Below, piece by piece: positions 11,003 to 21,414 of a stretch of DNA of 64,000 bases (position 1 is its first letter; each line of letters begins with the position of its first letter). Below the pieces are notes generated by a model, which worked only from the letters and a program-made list of their open reading frames with translations, was not told where the DNA came from and searched no databases. Source of the DNA: an uncultured Desulfatitalea sp. Lineage in GTDB: Bacteria > Desulfobacterota > Desulfobacteria > Desulfobacterales > Desulfosarcinaceae. The position numbers were made by a program, and so were the translations under genes. The stretch spans positions 608,001-672,000 of the forward strand of contig CAXXMB010000001.1 in assembly GCA_963668675.2 (NCBI GenBank). Reading direction: 5' to 3'.

Positions 11003-11405
11003 AACGCTAACTGCCGAGGAATTGTTTGAGTGCAACCAATGCGGTGATTGTTGTAAGGGGTTCGGGGGGACCTATGTTTCGGCAACCGATATTGACGCTA
11101 TCGCCCGGTTCTTAAATATTTCTGCAAGTCTGTTTCGTTCACGCTACTGTGCGCCTTCAGGGCAAAAAGTTGTCCTGGCGCAGCAGGAGAACGGCTACTG
11201 CGTCTTCTATGATCAAAATTGCACGATCCATCCGGTCAAACCCCATATGTGCCGCATGTGGCCGTTTATCCCAAGCTTGCTGGTCGATATTGCCAATTGG
11301 CAGATGATGGCCGGCTCGTGCCCTGGCATGCGCCAGAACCTGGATGAGGATCTGTTGAGGGCATCCCTGTTGCCGATTTTGGAAGGGCAGGGCACTGCTC
11401 GATGA
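10992..11405 (+). CDS. YkgJ-family cysteine-cluster (Zn/Fe-chelating) protein
   Basis: FECNQCGDCC...CVFY...CTIHPVKPHMCRMWPF...CPG. Confidence 0.88.
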   Translation: MPSKTLTAEELFECNQCGDCCKGFGGTYVSATDIDAIARFLNISASLFRSRYCAPSGQKVVLAQQENGYCVFYDQNCTIHPVKPHMCRMWPFIPSLLVDIANWQMMAGSCPGMRQNLDEDLLRASLLPILEGQGTAR

Positions 11406-11438
11406 GAATCGGCGCAAGCCAATTGAAAGGTCACCCGC

Positions 11439-12230
11439 ATGATCGGTGTATTTGATTCGGGGATTGGTGGGTTGACGGTGGTCAGAGCCCTTCTTGAAAA
11501 GTTGCCACGCAGGGACATTATATACCTCGGGGATACGGCGCGGACACCTTACGGCAATAAAAGCGCCGATACCATCATCAAGTACTCCCTCAAAAACACA
11601 CAGTTTCTATTGGACAAGGGCGCCCGCCTCATCGTCATTGCCTGCAATACCGCGTCAAGCTACGCCTTTGGAGCGGTCAACGAAAGCTACGATCTGCCGG
11701 TGTTCGAGGTGATCGGGCCGGGCGCCAGACAGGCCGTCGAACGTTCACGGAATATGCGAATCGGTGTGATCGGCACGCGGGCCACGATTGCAAGCGGCGG
11801 CTACGAGAGAGCGATCAAGCAACTGAAACCGGAAGCCAGCGTGACAGTCTCACCATGTCCGCTGTTGGTGCCAATTGTGGAAGAGGGGTGGATTTCCAAA
11901 CCGGAAACGGCGATGATCGTACGCAAGTACATGCATCCCTTGAAAACCAGACAGATCGACACGCTCATTCTTGGCTGTACCCACTATCCGGTGTTGCGCA
12001 AGGTCATTCAACGCAAGATCGGCAAGCGAGTGGCGCTGGTGGACTCCGCCGATGCCATTGCCAGTGAAGTAAAAGGCCATCTGGAGGCCGATCCCATAGA
12101 GGCGCGGCCGACCGCCGATGCAGAACGCGGGCAGTTGAAGATTTTCGTAACCGATACGGCAGATCAGTTTCAGAAAACCGCCCATCTGATTCTGGGACGT
12201 AGCGTTGCTATCGAGCACGCTGATCTCTGA
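11439..12230 (+). CDS. murI: Glutamate racemase
   Basis: IGVFDSGIGGLTV, ACNTAS, LGCTHYP. Confidence 0.98.
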   Translation: MIGVFDSGIGGLTVVRALLEKLPRRDIIYLGDTARTPYGNKSADTIIKYSLKNTQFLLDKGARLIVIACNTASSYAFGAVNESYDLPVFEVIGPGARQAVERSRNMRIGVIGTRATIASGGYERAIKQLKPEASVTVSPCPLLVPIVEEGWISKPETAMIVRKYMHPLKTRQIDTLILGCTHYPVLRKVIQRKIGKRVALVDSADAIASEVKGHLEADPIEARPTADAERGQLKIFVTDTADQFQKTAHLILGRSVAIEHADL

Positions 12231-12245
12231 CGCGGTCCATCACGT

Positions 12246-13346
12246 CTATTTTTGAGATTTCTTCCCGTTCGATTGAACAATATGGATATCCCGCTTTGGA
12301 TAGGGGATTTCGATTCCTTCGGCGTCGAAGGCGCACTTGACCCGGTCGGTGATGGCGGAGATGGTGGCCATTCTTTTGCGGGCATCCCCAATCCATACCC
12401 TTAACTGCAAATCCACGGATGACTCACCGAATGTGCGCACCACCACGCGCGGCTTGGGTGTTTTTAAAATCCACTCTACTTCTGCAGCCGCTTTCAGGAT
12501 TGCCGCCTTTGCCAGTTCAATGTCGGTATCGTAGGAGACGCCGATATTAATGCGAACCCGTATGTCGGATGAGATAAGGGTGTAGTTGACAATATCGCGC
12601 TTCATTATTTCGTTGTTGGGAATGACAATGACGATGTTGTCCGTGGTCTTGATTTTGGTCGCGCGCAGGCCGATATCGATCACGTCACCCCAGGTGGCGC
12701 TTCCGGCCGGCGCACTCCAGACCTCGATTCGATCCCCAATCTCAAATGGGCGGTCGATGATCAGCAAGATGCCGGCAATCAGGTTGGACAGCGTGTCTTT
12801 GGCCGCAAACCCTACGGCGATACCAAGCACACCGGCGCCGGCGACAAAAGGCATGACATTCACCCCCAATTGGTCCAGCGCCAGTACAGCGGCAACCACG
12901 TAAATGATAGCGCCTGAAAACTTGTTGAGCAGATCAAAAATGATATTGTCGACCTTGGTCGTCGTTTTATCCACCCATTTTTTTTCGAAATAGCTTAAGA
13001 CGGTGACGAGAAACTCCCTTGCGGGTCCTGCAAACAGCAAGATGAAAAGGGCGGGGAGAAGTTTCTCCAAAAATCCGAATTGAAATAAACGAGCGACGTA
13101 AAGTCCCAACAGCAGCAGGATGGCATAGCCGCATGTCTTGCGAACGAGTTGGAACAGACGGCTGTTGATTCGAATGATGTCTACGGATTGCAATCGTTTA
13201 TGAACGGTTCCCAAAATCAGCTTGATAATGAGCCAAACGATCAGTGCAATCAGAGCAGCAGATATGGTTTTGAGGGCTGCACCGGTTAGCGTGTCGCTGC
13301 TGAAGTAAGGCGTCAGATAGTTCAGAATCTCTTTTAGTCGGTTCAT
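12246..13346 (-). CDS. MscS-family mechanosensitive channel
   Basis: Multiple TMs, GIAVGFAAKDTLSNLIAG, DRPFEIGDRI, IPNN, FDAEGIEIPYP. Confidence 0.93.
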   Translation of the reverse strand: MNRLKEILNYLTPYFSSDTLTGAALKTISAALIALIVWLIIKLILGTVHKRLQSVDIIRINSRLFQLVRKTCGYAILLLLGLYVARLFQFGFLEKLLPALFILLFAGPAREFLVTVLSYFEKKWVDKTTTKVDNIIFDLLNKFSGAIIYVVAAVLALDQLGVNVMPFVAGAGVLGIAVGFAAKDTLSNLIAGILLIIDRPFEIGDRIEVWSAPAGSATWGDVIDIGLRATKIKTTDNIVIVIPNNEIMKRDIVNYTLISSDIRVRINIGVSYDTDIELAKAAILKAAAEVEWILKTPKPRVVVRTFGESSVDLQLRVWIGDARKRMATISAITDRVKCAFDAEGIEIPYPKRDIHIVQSNGKKSQK

Positions 13347-13575
13347 GCCAACCCCTTTGACCTCATATTCCAGATTGGAGATGGCTTGTCATAGACAGTT
13401 TTGAGTGAATATACAAGAGGAAGACAGAATACATTGACGCTCAGTGAGACGGGTTCACTTGATCAGCGTGGGGCGGGAGGCCGGAAAGTCCGGGTATGGT
13501 TGTACAGACGGATCCGCTATTATTTAAGCGACATGCACTTGGTGACATTGGCTGGCTTGCAGCGGCGATGACTGC

Positions 13576-14133
13576 TCAACGCGCCAGGGCCTTGCCGATA
13601 CGATCCTCCGGTGGAACTCCCGACTGGGTCAAGATGTAGCGAATGGATGCCAGTCTCTCCTCCAGGTCGGCCACTGCCAGTTCCAGGGTCTGGATGGTTT
13701 CGCCCGATGCCTGTTCTGTCACGTCCATGGCAACCCGCAAGTCGCTTGCATTTTTCATCAGGTGCTTGAGATTTTGAATTTTGGCCAGCCTGAGGATCAG
13801 TTCGTCGAGATTGATTGGCTTCTGGAGATAGTCAGTGGCACCCTTTTTCATTGCCACAATCGCATTGTCGATAGAGCCGTGTGCGGTGATTAGGATGACC
13901 TCGGTTTTGAGACTGCTCTCCTTGGCCGTCTCGAGAACCCCAATGCCGTCGATTCCGCCCGGCATCATCAGGTCGGTCAACACAACATCATAATATGTGT
14001 TTGAGATCATGCGAATCGCATCGACTCCGCTCTCTGCGGTCTCGACCTCATAATCGAGTTTGGATAAGCGTTTCTTCAGGAGAGAGCGTGTGACCGGATC
14101 GTCATCCACGACCAATATCTTTAGTACTTGCAT
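13576..14133 (-). CDS. Response regulator (REC plus a short coiled-coil tail, no evident output domain)
   Basis: ILVVDDD, TDLMMP, ITAH, YLQKP; last gene of the che operon. Confidence 0.9.
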   Translation of the reverse strand: MQVLKILVVDDDPVTRSLLKKRLSKLDYEVETAESGVDAIRMISNTYYDVVLTDLMMPGGIDGIGVLETAKESSLKTEVILITAHGSIDNAIVAMKKGATDYLQKPINLDELILRLAKIQNLKHLMKNASDLRVAMDVTEQASGETIQTLELAVADLEERLASIRYILTQSGVPPEDRIGKALAR

Positions 14134-14173
14134 CGTTGTTACCTCCGCAGGCAGTCGGTATTGCGACCCAATA

Positions 14174-15154
14174 CTACCTGAGCTGATAAAAAATCGATTT
14201 TAAATGACGCTTGGGTATAAAACGGGGACACACCCCGGTCAGCGACTCTGTCGAGCCGATGATGAGATACCCATCGTTTTCGAGACTGTCTGCAATTTTT
14301 TCAAACACTTTTACGCGATCTTCGAGTTTAAAATAGATCGCCACATTTCGACAGAAGATGATGTCAAATTTCCCAAGTCCGCTAAAAGGCCCCATGAGGT
14401 TGAATTTGCGAAAGGTCGCCATGGACCTGATATCGTCTTTGATCTTCCAGTTGTCGCCTATGGAGGTAAAATAGCGCTGTAACCGTTCACGTGGCAGTCC
14501 GCGTTCAATCTCGAATTTATTATAAGTACCGTAACTTGCCTGCTTGATGGCCGCATCGGATATATCGCTGCCCATCAGCTTGATATTATATTTGTCAAGT
14601 GACACCAGGAGCTCTTTCAGGACGATGGCGATACTGAAGATCTCCTGCCCGGTGGAACAGGCTGCGCTCCATATGCGGACAGGCACCGGCATGCCTTTGG
14701 GTGTCGATGATGTGCGGCTGTCGACCACCTCCGGGATAATTTTGTGCTTGAGCAATTCAAAAGGGTTTGCGTCACGAAAAAAGAGAGTTTCGTTGGTTGT
14801 GATCGCATCGATAATTTGCTTTTCGAGTAATTTGGACCCGTCGGATTTCGCCTTATGATAAAACTCCGTAAAGGAGTTGCACCTTTCTCTTTCCAAGAGC
14901 TTTCCGAGGCGGGTCTCCAGCAGGTAGGCCTTTGAAGGTTCGATGTTAATGCCCGACACACCGTAAATATATTGCGAAAGCAGCTTGATCTCATCAGGGG
15001 CGATCTTGATCGCCTGCTTAATCCCGGGTATCGGATTGACGCCCGTTTTCGAGGGAGAGGTCGCAGCGCCCGCTTTTCGGTTCAGAGATAGATTCCCTGT
15101 TGTTGTGAGACTCATTTTAGTCCATCTCGATTCATTCGGTTGATGGTGTGTCAA
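14174..15154 (-). CDS. cheR: Chemotaxis methyltransferase CheR
   Basis: TTNETLFFRD, IWSAACSTGQE, FDIIFCRNVAIYF, GSTESL; start uncertain (15154 or 15115). Confidence 0.96.
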   Translation of the reverse strand: MTHHQPNESRWTKMSLTTTGNLSLNRKAGAATSPSKTGVNPIPGIKQAIKIAPDEIKLLSQYIYGVSGINIEPSKAYLLETRLGKLLERERCNSFTEFYHKAKSDGSKLLEKQIIDAITTNETLFFRDANPFELLKHKIIPEVVDSRTSSTPKGMPVPVRIWSAACSTGQEIFSIAIVLKELLVSLDKYNIKLMGSDISDAAIKQASYGTYNKFEIERGLPRERLQRYFTSIGDNWKIKDDIRSMATFRKFNLMGPFSGLGKFDIIFCRNVAIYFKLEDRVKVFEKIADSLENDGYLIIGSTESLTGVCPRFIPKRHLKSIFYQLR

Positions 15155-15170
15155 TCCACTGCGGGATCGT

Positions 15171-16310
15171 CTATCCTTTTGCTTTTGAGGCGTTAGGGAT
15201 CCTTGAGCGATAGTGCACTGTCTTGATAATTTCAGACGCTATGAGATCAAGCGGCGCAACGACATCCGCTAGACCCGACTCAACCGGCTCCTTTGGCATG
15301 CCGAACACGACGCAGGAAGACTCGTCCTGAGCGATGATGGTGGCGCCGTTGTTCTTCATCATCTGGAGACCTTTAGTGCCGTCCGAACCCATGCCGGTCA
15401 TAATCACCCCTGTGGCCCTGCCCACATAGTGGTCGGCAATGGACCTGAAAAGGTAATCCACGGAGGGCTTGCAATTGTTTTCTGGAGGGTCGTTTGTAAT
15501 TTTGATAACGCGCTGGGTGCCATCTCCCCCTGCCACGATTTTCATCTGCGAGCCCCCTGGTGCGATGTAGGCCACATTGGGGGTCAACGGCTCTCCATTC
15601 GTTGCCTCCTTGACTTCCAGTTCGCACTTGTTATTGAGGCTGTTGGCAAGTGATTGGGTAAATAGAGGTGGCATATGCTGTACAATAACAATTGGCACGC
15701 CAATATCGCCCGGCACTTTTGGAAGCATTTGGGCAAGCGCATTGGGCCCTCCCGTGGAGATACCAATACCGATGATTGAAGCGCTTTCAGTGCGACCAAC
15801 TCGGCTCCTGGCCTGGCTGGAAATAGGGCGGGAGGTTTGGCGGAGTACCGTTTTGGAGCGGGAAAACGAGGAGAGACGGGATTTGATCTGTCGGCTCCGG
15901 GCAAAGGCTTTGAGCATTGGCGCCAGCGCCTCTTTTACCCCCTCCTTGTTCTCCGCCATGGTCCCGGACTGGGGTTTGGGGATGAAGTCGAATGCGCCTA
16001 ACTCAAGGGCCCGCATGGTCATGACGCCGCCTTGCTGGGTCAAGGTGCTCAGCATGATCGCACCGACTTCGGGCGCCTCGGCCTGTAGCCGCTGCAACAC
16101 TTCAATGCCACTCAACTCCGGCATCTCGATATCCAGTGTCAGCAGGTCGGGTTTCAAGGTCTTGAGTTTGAGAAGGGCCGCCTTTCCGTTGTGCGCGGTG
16201 CCGACCACCTCGACATTGGGCAGCTCCGTCAGAACATCGCTGACGATTTTTCGGTAGACGACCGTGTCATCTACGACCATGACTCTCAATATGTCGTCCG
16301 TTCGACTCAT
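15171..16310 (-). CDS. cheB: Chemotaxis methylesterase CheB (REC plus methylesterase)
   Basis: REC domain, GISTGGP, VQHMP, PSVD, MTGMGSDG. Confidence 0.97.
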   Translation of the reverse strand: MSRTDDILRVMVVDDTVVYRKIVSDVLTELPNVEVVGTAHNGKAALLKLKTLKPDLLTLDIEMPELSGIEVLQRLQAEAPEVGAIMLSTLTQQGGVMTMRALELGAFDFIPKPQSGTMAENKEGVKEALAPMLKAFARSRQIKSRLSSFSRSKTVLRQTSRPISSQARSRVGRTESASIIGIGISTGGPNALAQMLPKVPGDIGVPIVIVQHMPPLFTQSLANSLNNKCELEVKEATNGEPLTPNVAYIAPGGSQMKIVAGGDGTQRVIKITNDPPENNCKPSVDYLFRSIADHYVGRATGVIMTGMGSDGTKGLQMMKNNGATIIAQDESSCVVFGMPKEPVESGLADVVAPLDLIASEIIKTVHYRSRIPNASKAKG

Positions 16311-16370
16311 GTTATGTTATCGCCATTCATGATAGAGGGTGACCGACGGATCAGTCTGGGTCGGAGGTGT

Positions 16371-16844
16371 CTATGCCCTGTCGGACAAGTTATCTTCTGC
16401 CAATACGCGATCGGCATCCAGTATGCCGATAAGCCGGTCCTTGAGCTTGAATACTCCTTTGAAGAATACACCCTGGACACCACCGATGTTGGCCGGCGGC
16501 CGTTCAACCTTCTCCCACTCCGCCTCGACTACATCACCGATGCGCGAGACCAGCAGCCCGATGTATTCGTTCTCCGAATTGACGATGATATTTCGCGACG
16601 ATTCGGAGACATTTACATTTGCCAATCCAAGCTTACTGCCAAGGTCGATAATGGTGACGATTTGCCCGCGAAGATTGAGAATGCCCATAACGTATCCAGG
16701 GGCCTGGGGAACTTTGGTCATCTCCATCAGTTTATTGATCTCCTGGACCTTCAGGATGTCCATTCCGCACAGTGCCTCGCCAACATAGAAAGTGGCGAGT
16801 TCTACAGTGCCACTGGCATTTGGAATGTCTGTTTGTGTCTTCAT
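16371..16844 (-). CDS. cheW: Chemotaxis coupling protein CheW
   Basis: DILKVQEI...VPQAPGYVMGILNLRGQIVTIIDL. Confidence 0.96.
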   Translation of the reverse strand: MKTQTDIPNASGTVELATFYVGEALCGMDILKVQEINKLMEMTKVPQAPGYVMGILNLRGQIVTIIDLGSKLGLANVNVSESSRNIIVNSENEYIGLLVSRIGDVVEAEWEKVERPPANIGGVQGVFFKGVFKLKDRLIGILDADRVLAEDNLSDRA

Positions 16845-16928
16845 GGGTGTTGGTCCTTTCTTCTATCCTTGCGCTGACGCGTGTATACGCCATTTTGGCG
16901 GTACACCATTTATCATTGGTCTTGGCCG

Positions 16929-19900
16929 CTAAGCTGCGGCTGCCACCAGAAAACCGTGTATGCTTCTGATCAGTCGCTCACGGTCGAGTTTGATCTGATA
17001 GTCATCAATGCCGACCTCTTTGCCCCTGGCGATGTCCTCCTCGCCGGCCAGTGTCGTCAGCGCGATAACCGGCAGATGGGAGTAAGCCGGATTTTCCTTG
17101 ATCAGTTGGGTTAGGGCAAAGCCGTCCATATTGGGCATCTCTATGTCGGTAACAACGATAGAGACCTCCTTTATGTTCTCCTGCAAGAGGCTCCAGGCGA
17201 TAGTGCCGTCCTCGGCCTCTATCACATTGAAGCCCTCCTTCACCATGGAGGCCTTGACCTGATTGCGGAAAAAGTTTGAGTCCTCTGCAAAGAGGATTGT
17301 GGCATTGTTGCCCTTTTCATCGACCACCTTCTCCGGCTCTTTAAACCATTGCGGATTAAGGGTTTGAACAATCTCCACGATGTCGACGAGCAGTGTGGTG
17401 TGGTCGTTGATAATGGCCGAGCCCATAATTCCAGGCTGGCGGAGAGTGCTTCCATCGATGGTCAAGTTGACCTCCACAGCATCCACCGGGCCAATGGCCA
17501 ATAGGCCAATTTCACGGCCACCCACCACAAACACGATGACCAGCAGGTTCTCCTGTTCGGCCAGGGGTTTCACATTGGCCACCTGGTCGATATTGAACAG
17601 CGGCAATGAGCCGCCTCTGTATTTGATCACCTGTTTGCCGCCGACCTCTTCGATGTCGTTGCGCTTGATCTTCTCAATCCGCTCCACCAGGTTTAAAGGT
17701 GCGGCAAACTGCTCTTCGGAAGAGCTGCGGAAGACCAGTAGAGACTGTTTGTCACGGCTTGCCCGGATCGCTTCGCGTTCGGATTCGGCGACTTCGGCAG
17801 CTCGGGCGGTCCCCTCCACCGTTGTCAGGCCTGCCATTTGGGCCAAATTGGAGACATCTAAAATCAACGCCACCCGACCGTCACCCATGATGGTTGCACC
17901 AGCATAGCCTTTGCACTTTTTAAGGTCTCGGCCCAGTGGCTTCACCACAATCTCTTCCGAGTCGTGAAGACTGTCGACAACCAACCCGTATTTGATTGCT
18001 CCGGTAGAGACGACGACGATGTTTAAGGCGCTGGCCGCATGAAACCTTCTGTCTTCAGAGCGTCGGGTCGGTGCTGTTTCGGAACTGGCCTCTTCGATCT
18101 CCGCTCCTTGTTCGTTTTTCTCCTCCCTCGGTTCACGCGGACTCTTTTTTGAGCGACGGTCAGCGAGCTTTTCGCGCCGGTCCGGTTTCATTTCACCGCT
18201 CTCCGGGTCAGAATAGAGAGCGTCGACGCCGATGATTTCGGAGAGACGGATCAAGGGGAGCAGGTTGCCTCTTAATCGAACGACATCCGCATTGCCCACT
18301 CTTTCGATGCGGTGACGCACCTGTTCTGCAGGGATGCGAAGCAGCTCTTCCAGATTGACCTGGGGGATTGCATAGCGCTCTCCACCGGTAACCACGATCT
18401 GGCAGGGTATAATGGCCAGGGTCAAAGGGAGTTTGATCCTCAGCGTGGTGCCTTTGCCCATGGTCGAATCGATGTCGATGATGCCGCCAAGCTGGTCCAG
18501 ATTGGTTTTTACCACGTCCATGCCAACGCCTCTACCGGAGACATCCGTAATTTTTTCTGCAGTAGAGAAGCCCGGCAGAAATATCAGGTTCGTTTTTTCA
18601 CGGGCCGACATCACCTTGGCCTGCTCTTCCGTGATGAGTCCCTTTTCCATCGCCTTGGCAGCCAATTTATTTCCGTCCAGACCTTGGCCGTTGTCTGAAA
18701 TTTCGATATTGACCTGACCGGCTTCATGGTATGCCCTGAGAAAGATATGGCCGGTCGGGTTTTTGCCGGCACGTTTGCGCAGATCCGGCGTTTCAATGCC
18801 ATGATCGACAGCGTTTCGAACCAGATGGGTGAGGGGGTCGCCGATGGCTTCGATGATCGTTTTGTCCAGCTCGACATCCTTGCCTTCGAGAGAGAGTTCC
18901 ACCTGCTTGCCTAATGTTCGTGCCAGGTCCCGGACTACGCGGGGAAATTTGTTGAAGACGTTACCAATCGACTGCATCCGGGTCAGCATGATCGCTTCCT
19001 GCAGTTCGGATGTGATCAAGTCGATGCGTTGGCCGGCCACTTCCGACCCTCGCTTATCGCTGGACCCCATGGATTGCAGCAACTGATTACGGCTGAGCAC
19101 CAATTCGCCTGCCAACGTCATGAGCTGATCCAACAGACTCACATGCACCCGTAAGCTGGTTTCGTGTTCATATCGTGCCGCTTTTTTCTCAATGCCGATC
19201 TCGGGTTTTGCATCGATCGATTGTATCTCCTGATGGATTTCCTCCTGCATCAATTCAGTCTCCTCAGCCATGGTGTCCATCTCTTCGTCCACTTCATTTG
19301 CACCCTCTTCAGGTGAAACATCCGCTTCAGGTGGGTCTTCAGTTTCGGCTGCTTCTGGAGCCATATCCATCTCAAGATCAAGCCCCTCTTCGGACACCCC
19401 AACGATATTCTCAGGCTCTGGTTCGTCGGGCGCTGCTTCCGTTAGGGCCCTGTCCATCGGCGATCCGTCTAGTTGGTACAACTGCTGATCGGATCGCAGC
19501 TCCAGAATGTGTTCTGGATCGATTTCAAAAAGCACATTGACATCGCTGGGTTTCAGGATGGTGGCAAACAGGAAGGCCATCGTGGGAACATCCGGGGTCC
19601 AGTCGCTGCTCAACTCTTCTGCAGGATGCAGCGGAAAGTTGGCGCAGATGATGGTGCCCGTCTGCTCCATCTCTTCGAGCATGCCCTGGCAGGTTTTACC
19701 CTCGTCGTAGATCTGTTCATCCACATCGATCTTGACGAGATATACGCACTTCCCCTGATCGAAGAAGGGGGTGATTTTGTTCGCATCGGTCGTAAATGCA
19801 AGCTGACCGTCTGAAAACGACAACGGCAGCACATCACCCGATCTATGCGGTTCCGCTTCGGGAGCTTTCTCCGACACCTTGGGTTTGGGCGCTGTCGCTT

Positions 19901-20360
19901 TTTTGGGCTTCTTCTTGGCTGCTTTGGGCTTGGAAACGGTTGTTTTTTTCGCCTTTGGCTTGGATGGCACCTGGTTCGCTTCTAATATCGCTTGGAGCGC
20001 CTGGATGTGGTTGCTGATATCCGAGTTGTTGCTGTTGAGGATATCTCCCATCAATGCCTTCAGTTCATCCGCCGCAGAGAGCATGACATTGATAATGTCC
20101 GGGGTCGGTACAATCTCCAGGCCGCGGATTTTTCCCAAGATGTTTTCCATTTCATGGGTCAGGTCCTTTATGTTGGTCAGACCCATGAAACCGGCTCCCC
20201 CCTTGATTGAATGGGCGGCACGGTATACCTTGTTGACCAGATCTTCATCAATGTTGGCGCCGTTCTCTTCGATGGCCAAAAAATCGTTCTCGATATCTGC
20301 GAGATGCTCCAGTGATTCCTCTAAGTACATCTGCAAGGTTTCATCGTCTTGAATCGTCAT
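16929..20360 (-). CDS. cheA: Hybrid chemotaxis kinase CheA (Hpt-P2-dimerisation-HATPase-CheW-CheW-REC)
   Basis: YRAAHSIKG (Hpt), HLVRNAVDHG, SGRGVGMDVV, two CheW modules, C-terminal REC (AEDS...TDIEMP). Confidence 0.96.
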   Translation of the reverse strand: MTIQDDETLQMYLEESLEHLADIENDFLAIEENGANIDEDLVNKVYRAAHSIKGGAGFMGLTNIKDLTHEMENILGKIRGLEIVPTPDIINVMLSAADELKALMGDILNSNNSDISNHIQALQAILEANQVPSKPKAKKTTVSKPKAAKKKPKKATAPKPKVSEKAPEAEPHRSGDVLPLSFSDGQLAFTTDANKITPFFDQGKCVYLVKIDVDEQIYDEGKTCQGMLEEMEQTGTIICANFPLHPAEELSSDWTPDVPTMAFLFATILKPSDVNVLFEIDPEHILELRSDQQLYQLDGSPMDRALTEAAPDEPEPENIVGVSEEGLDLEMDMAPEAAETEDPPEADVSPEEGANEVDEEMDTMAEETELMQEEIHQEIQSIDAKPEIGIEKKAARYEHETSLRVHVSLLDQLMTLAGELVLSRNQLLQSMGSSDKRGSEVAGQRIDLITSELQEAIMLTRMQSIGNVFNKFPRVVRDLARTLGKQVELSLEGKDVELDKTIIEAIGDPLTHLVRNAVDHGIETPDLRKRAGKNPTGHIFLRAYHEAGQVNIEISDNGQGLDGNKLAAKAMEKGLITEEQAKVMSAREKTNLIFLPGFSTAEKITDVSGRGVGMDVVKTNLDQLGGIIDIDSTMGKGTTLRIKLPLTLAIIPCQIVVTGGERYAIPQVNLEELLRIPAEQVRHRIERVGNADVVRLRGNLLPLIRLSEIIGVDALYSDPESGEMKPDRREKLADRRSKKSPREPREEKNEQGAEIEEASSETAPTRRSEDRRFHAASALNIVVVSTGAIKYGLVVDSLHDSEEIVVKPLGRDLKKCKGYAGATIMGDGRVALILDVSNLAQMAGLTTVEGTARAAEVAESEREAIRASRDKQSLLVFRSSSEEQFAAPLNLVERIEKIKRNDIEEVGGKQVIKYRGGSLPLFNIDQVANVKPLAEQENLLVIVFVVGGREIGLLAIGPVDAVEVNLTIDGSTLRQPGIMGSAIINDHTTLLVDIVEIVQTLNPQWFKEPEKVVDEKGNNATILFAEDSNFFRNQVKASMVKEGFNVIEAEDGTIAWSLLQENIKEVSIVVTDIEMPNMDGFALTQLIKENPAYSHLPVIALTTLAGEEDIARGKEVGIDDYQIKLDRERLIRSIHGFLVAAAA

Positions 20361-20483
20361 AACCGTGCTCCTTTGAGTCGCTAATTGGTCACTTACTGTC
20401 TGGTCCCGAGGATATTGTCAGATCGGGGGAGCCATTTTTTTCAATATCCTGGTGGCCTGGAAACAGCCCGTTCCTCACCCTAT

Positions 20484-20510
20484 TTATCTGCTGCAAAAGG
20501 AAAAACTTTA
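20484..20510 (-). promoter_or_regulatory. Sigma28 (FliA) promoter for the cheA operon
   Basis: Minus strand TAAAGTTT-N11-GCAGATAA; one mismatch to the extended consensus TAAAGTTT-N11-GCCGATAA. Confidence 0.82.
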
Positions 20511-20661
20511 GTTAATTTTATGGATGGTTAAGCGATTTATGCTTATTGATGTGAATGTAGAGTCTGATCGTTGGACAGGGGGTAGGGGATTACGAATACA
20601 ATCCGGCAAGGCTACGTTCGATAGAGATTGATAATGCCATGAATTTTTGGCGGTCTGCTTT

Positions 20662-21414
20662 TTAAAAGTCCATTTTCGCCGCCTCTACCGAGAGGCTGGT
20701 CGGGATGCTGTTGGTCTCTTTGAATCCCTTTAAAGACTCAGCCTGGCTGCGGGTGGCTGCCAGACGGATGAGCAGTTTTGCCTTCAGGCAGGCGTTAACC
20801 AATGCCAAAACCGTCTGGATGGCCGTCATGTTCAACTTGGCGACCTGGCTCAAATTGAGCACGAAACGATTCGCCCCGGCAGCTGTCATGTGATCGATCT
20901 TGGTCTTTACCATCTGTTCGATCTCAGAGGCCTTAATTCTCGTAATCTTCTCCGGAAGGGTAAGAACGACGATGTCGCTGTCCACGGCAAACAACCCATC
21001 TCCCTCCGCGTCATCGCTACCGACAGGCGCGTCGATGCGCTTGTTCAAGTCCTCCAGAATCATCTTGACACGTTCTACCAACTGATCGCCCTTGAATGGT
21101 TTTACGATGTAATCCTTCACACCCATTTTGACGATGCTCATCACATTGTCACGCCCGCCCTCTGCTGTGAGCATGATGACAGAGATGTCTTTAAGCCGAT
21201 CGTCGGCCATCATTTTGCCAAGCATCTCAATGCCGGTCATCACCGGCATGGTGATATCCAGAATAATCAGGTCGGGAGAAACCTCGGCCGCCAGCGCCAA
21301 ACCGTCTCGTCCATTTTCGGCCTCAAATAGCTCACAATCATAATTTTTAAAGGCGTTCTTGACGATCATACGAATGGTTCGGCTATCATCTACTGTCAAT
21401 ATTTTGTACCTCAT
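20662..21414 (-). CDS. Response regulator with a C-terminal STAS-like domain
   Basis: REC (ILTVDDS, LDITMP, MLTAE, IVKPF), then VVLTLP...RFVLNLSQVAKLN resembling STAS; start moved to 21414. Confidence 0.8.
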   Translation of the reverse strand: MRYKILTVDDSRTIRMIVKNAFKNYDCELFEAENGRDGLALAAEVSPDLIILDITMPVMTGIEMLGKMMADDRLKDISVIMLTAEGGRDNVMSIVKMGVKDYIVKPFKGDQLVERVKMILEDLNKRIDAPVGSDDAEGDGLFAVDSDIVVLTLPEKITRIKASEIEQMVKTKIDHMTAAGANRFVLNLSQVAKLNMTAIQTVLALVNACLKAKLLIRLAATRSQAESLKGFKETNSIPTSLSVEAAKMDF

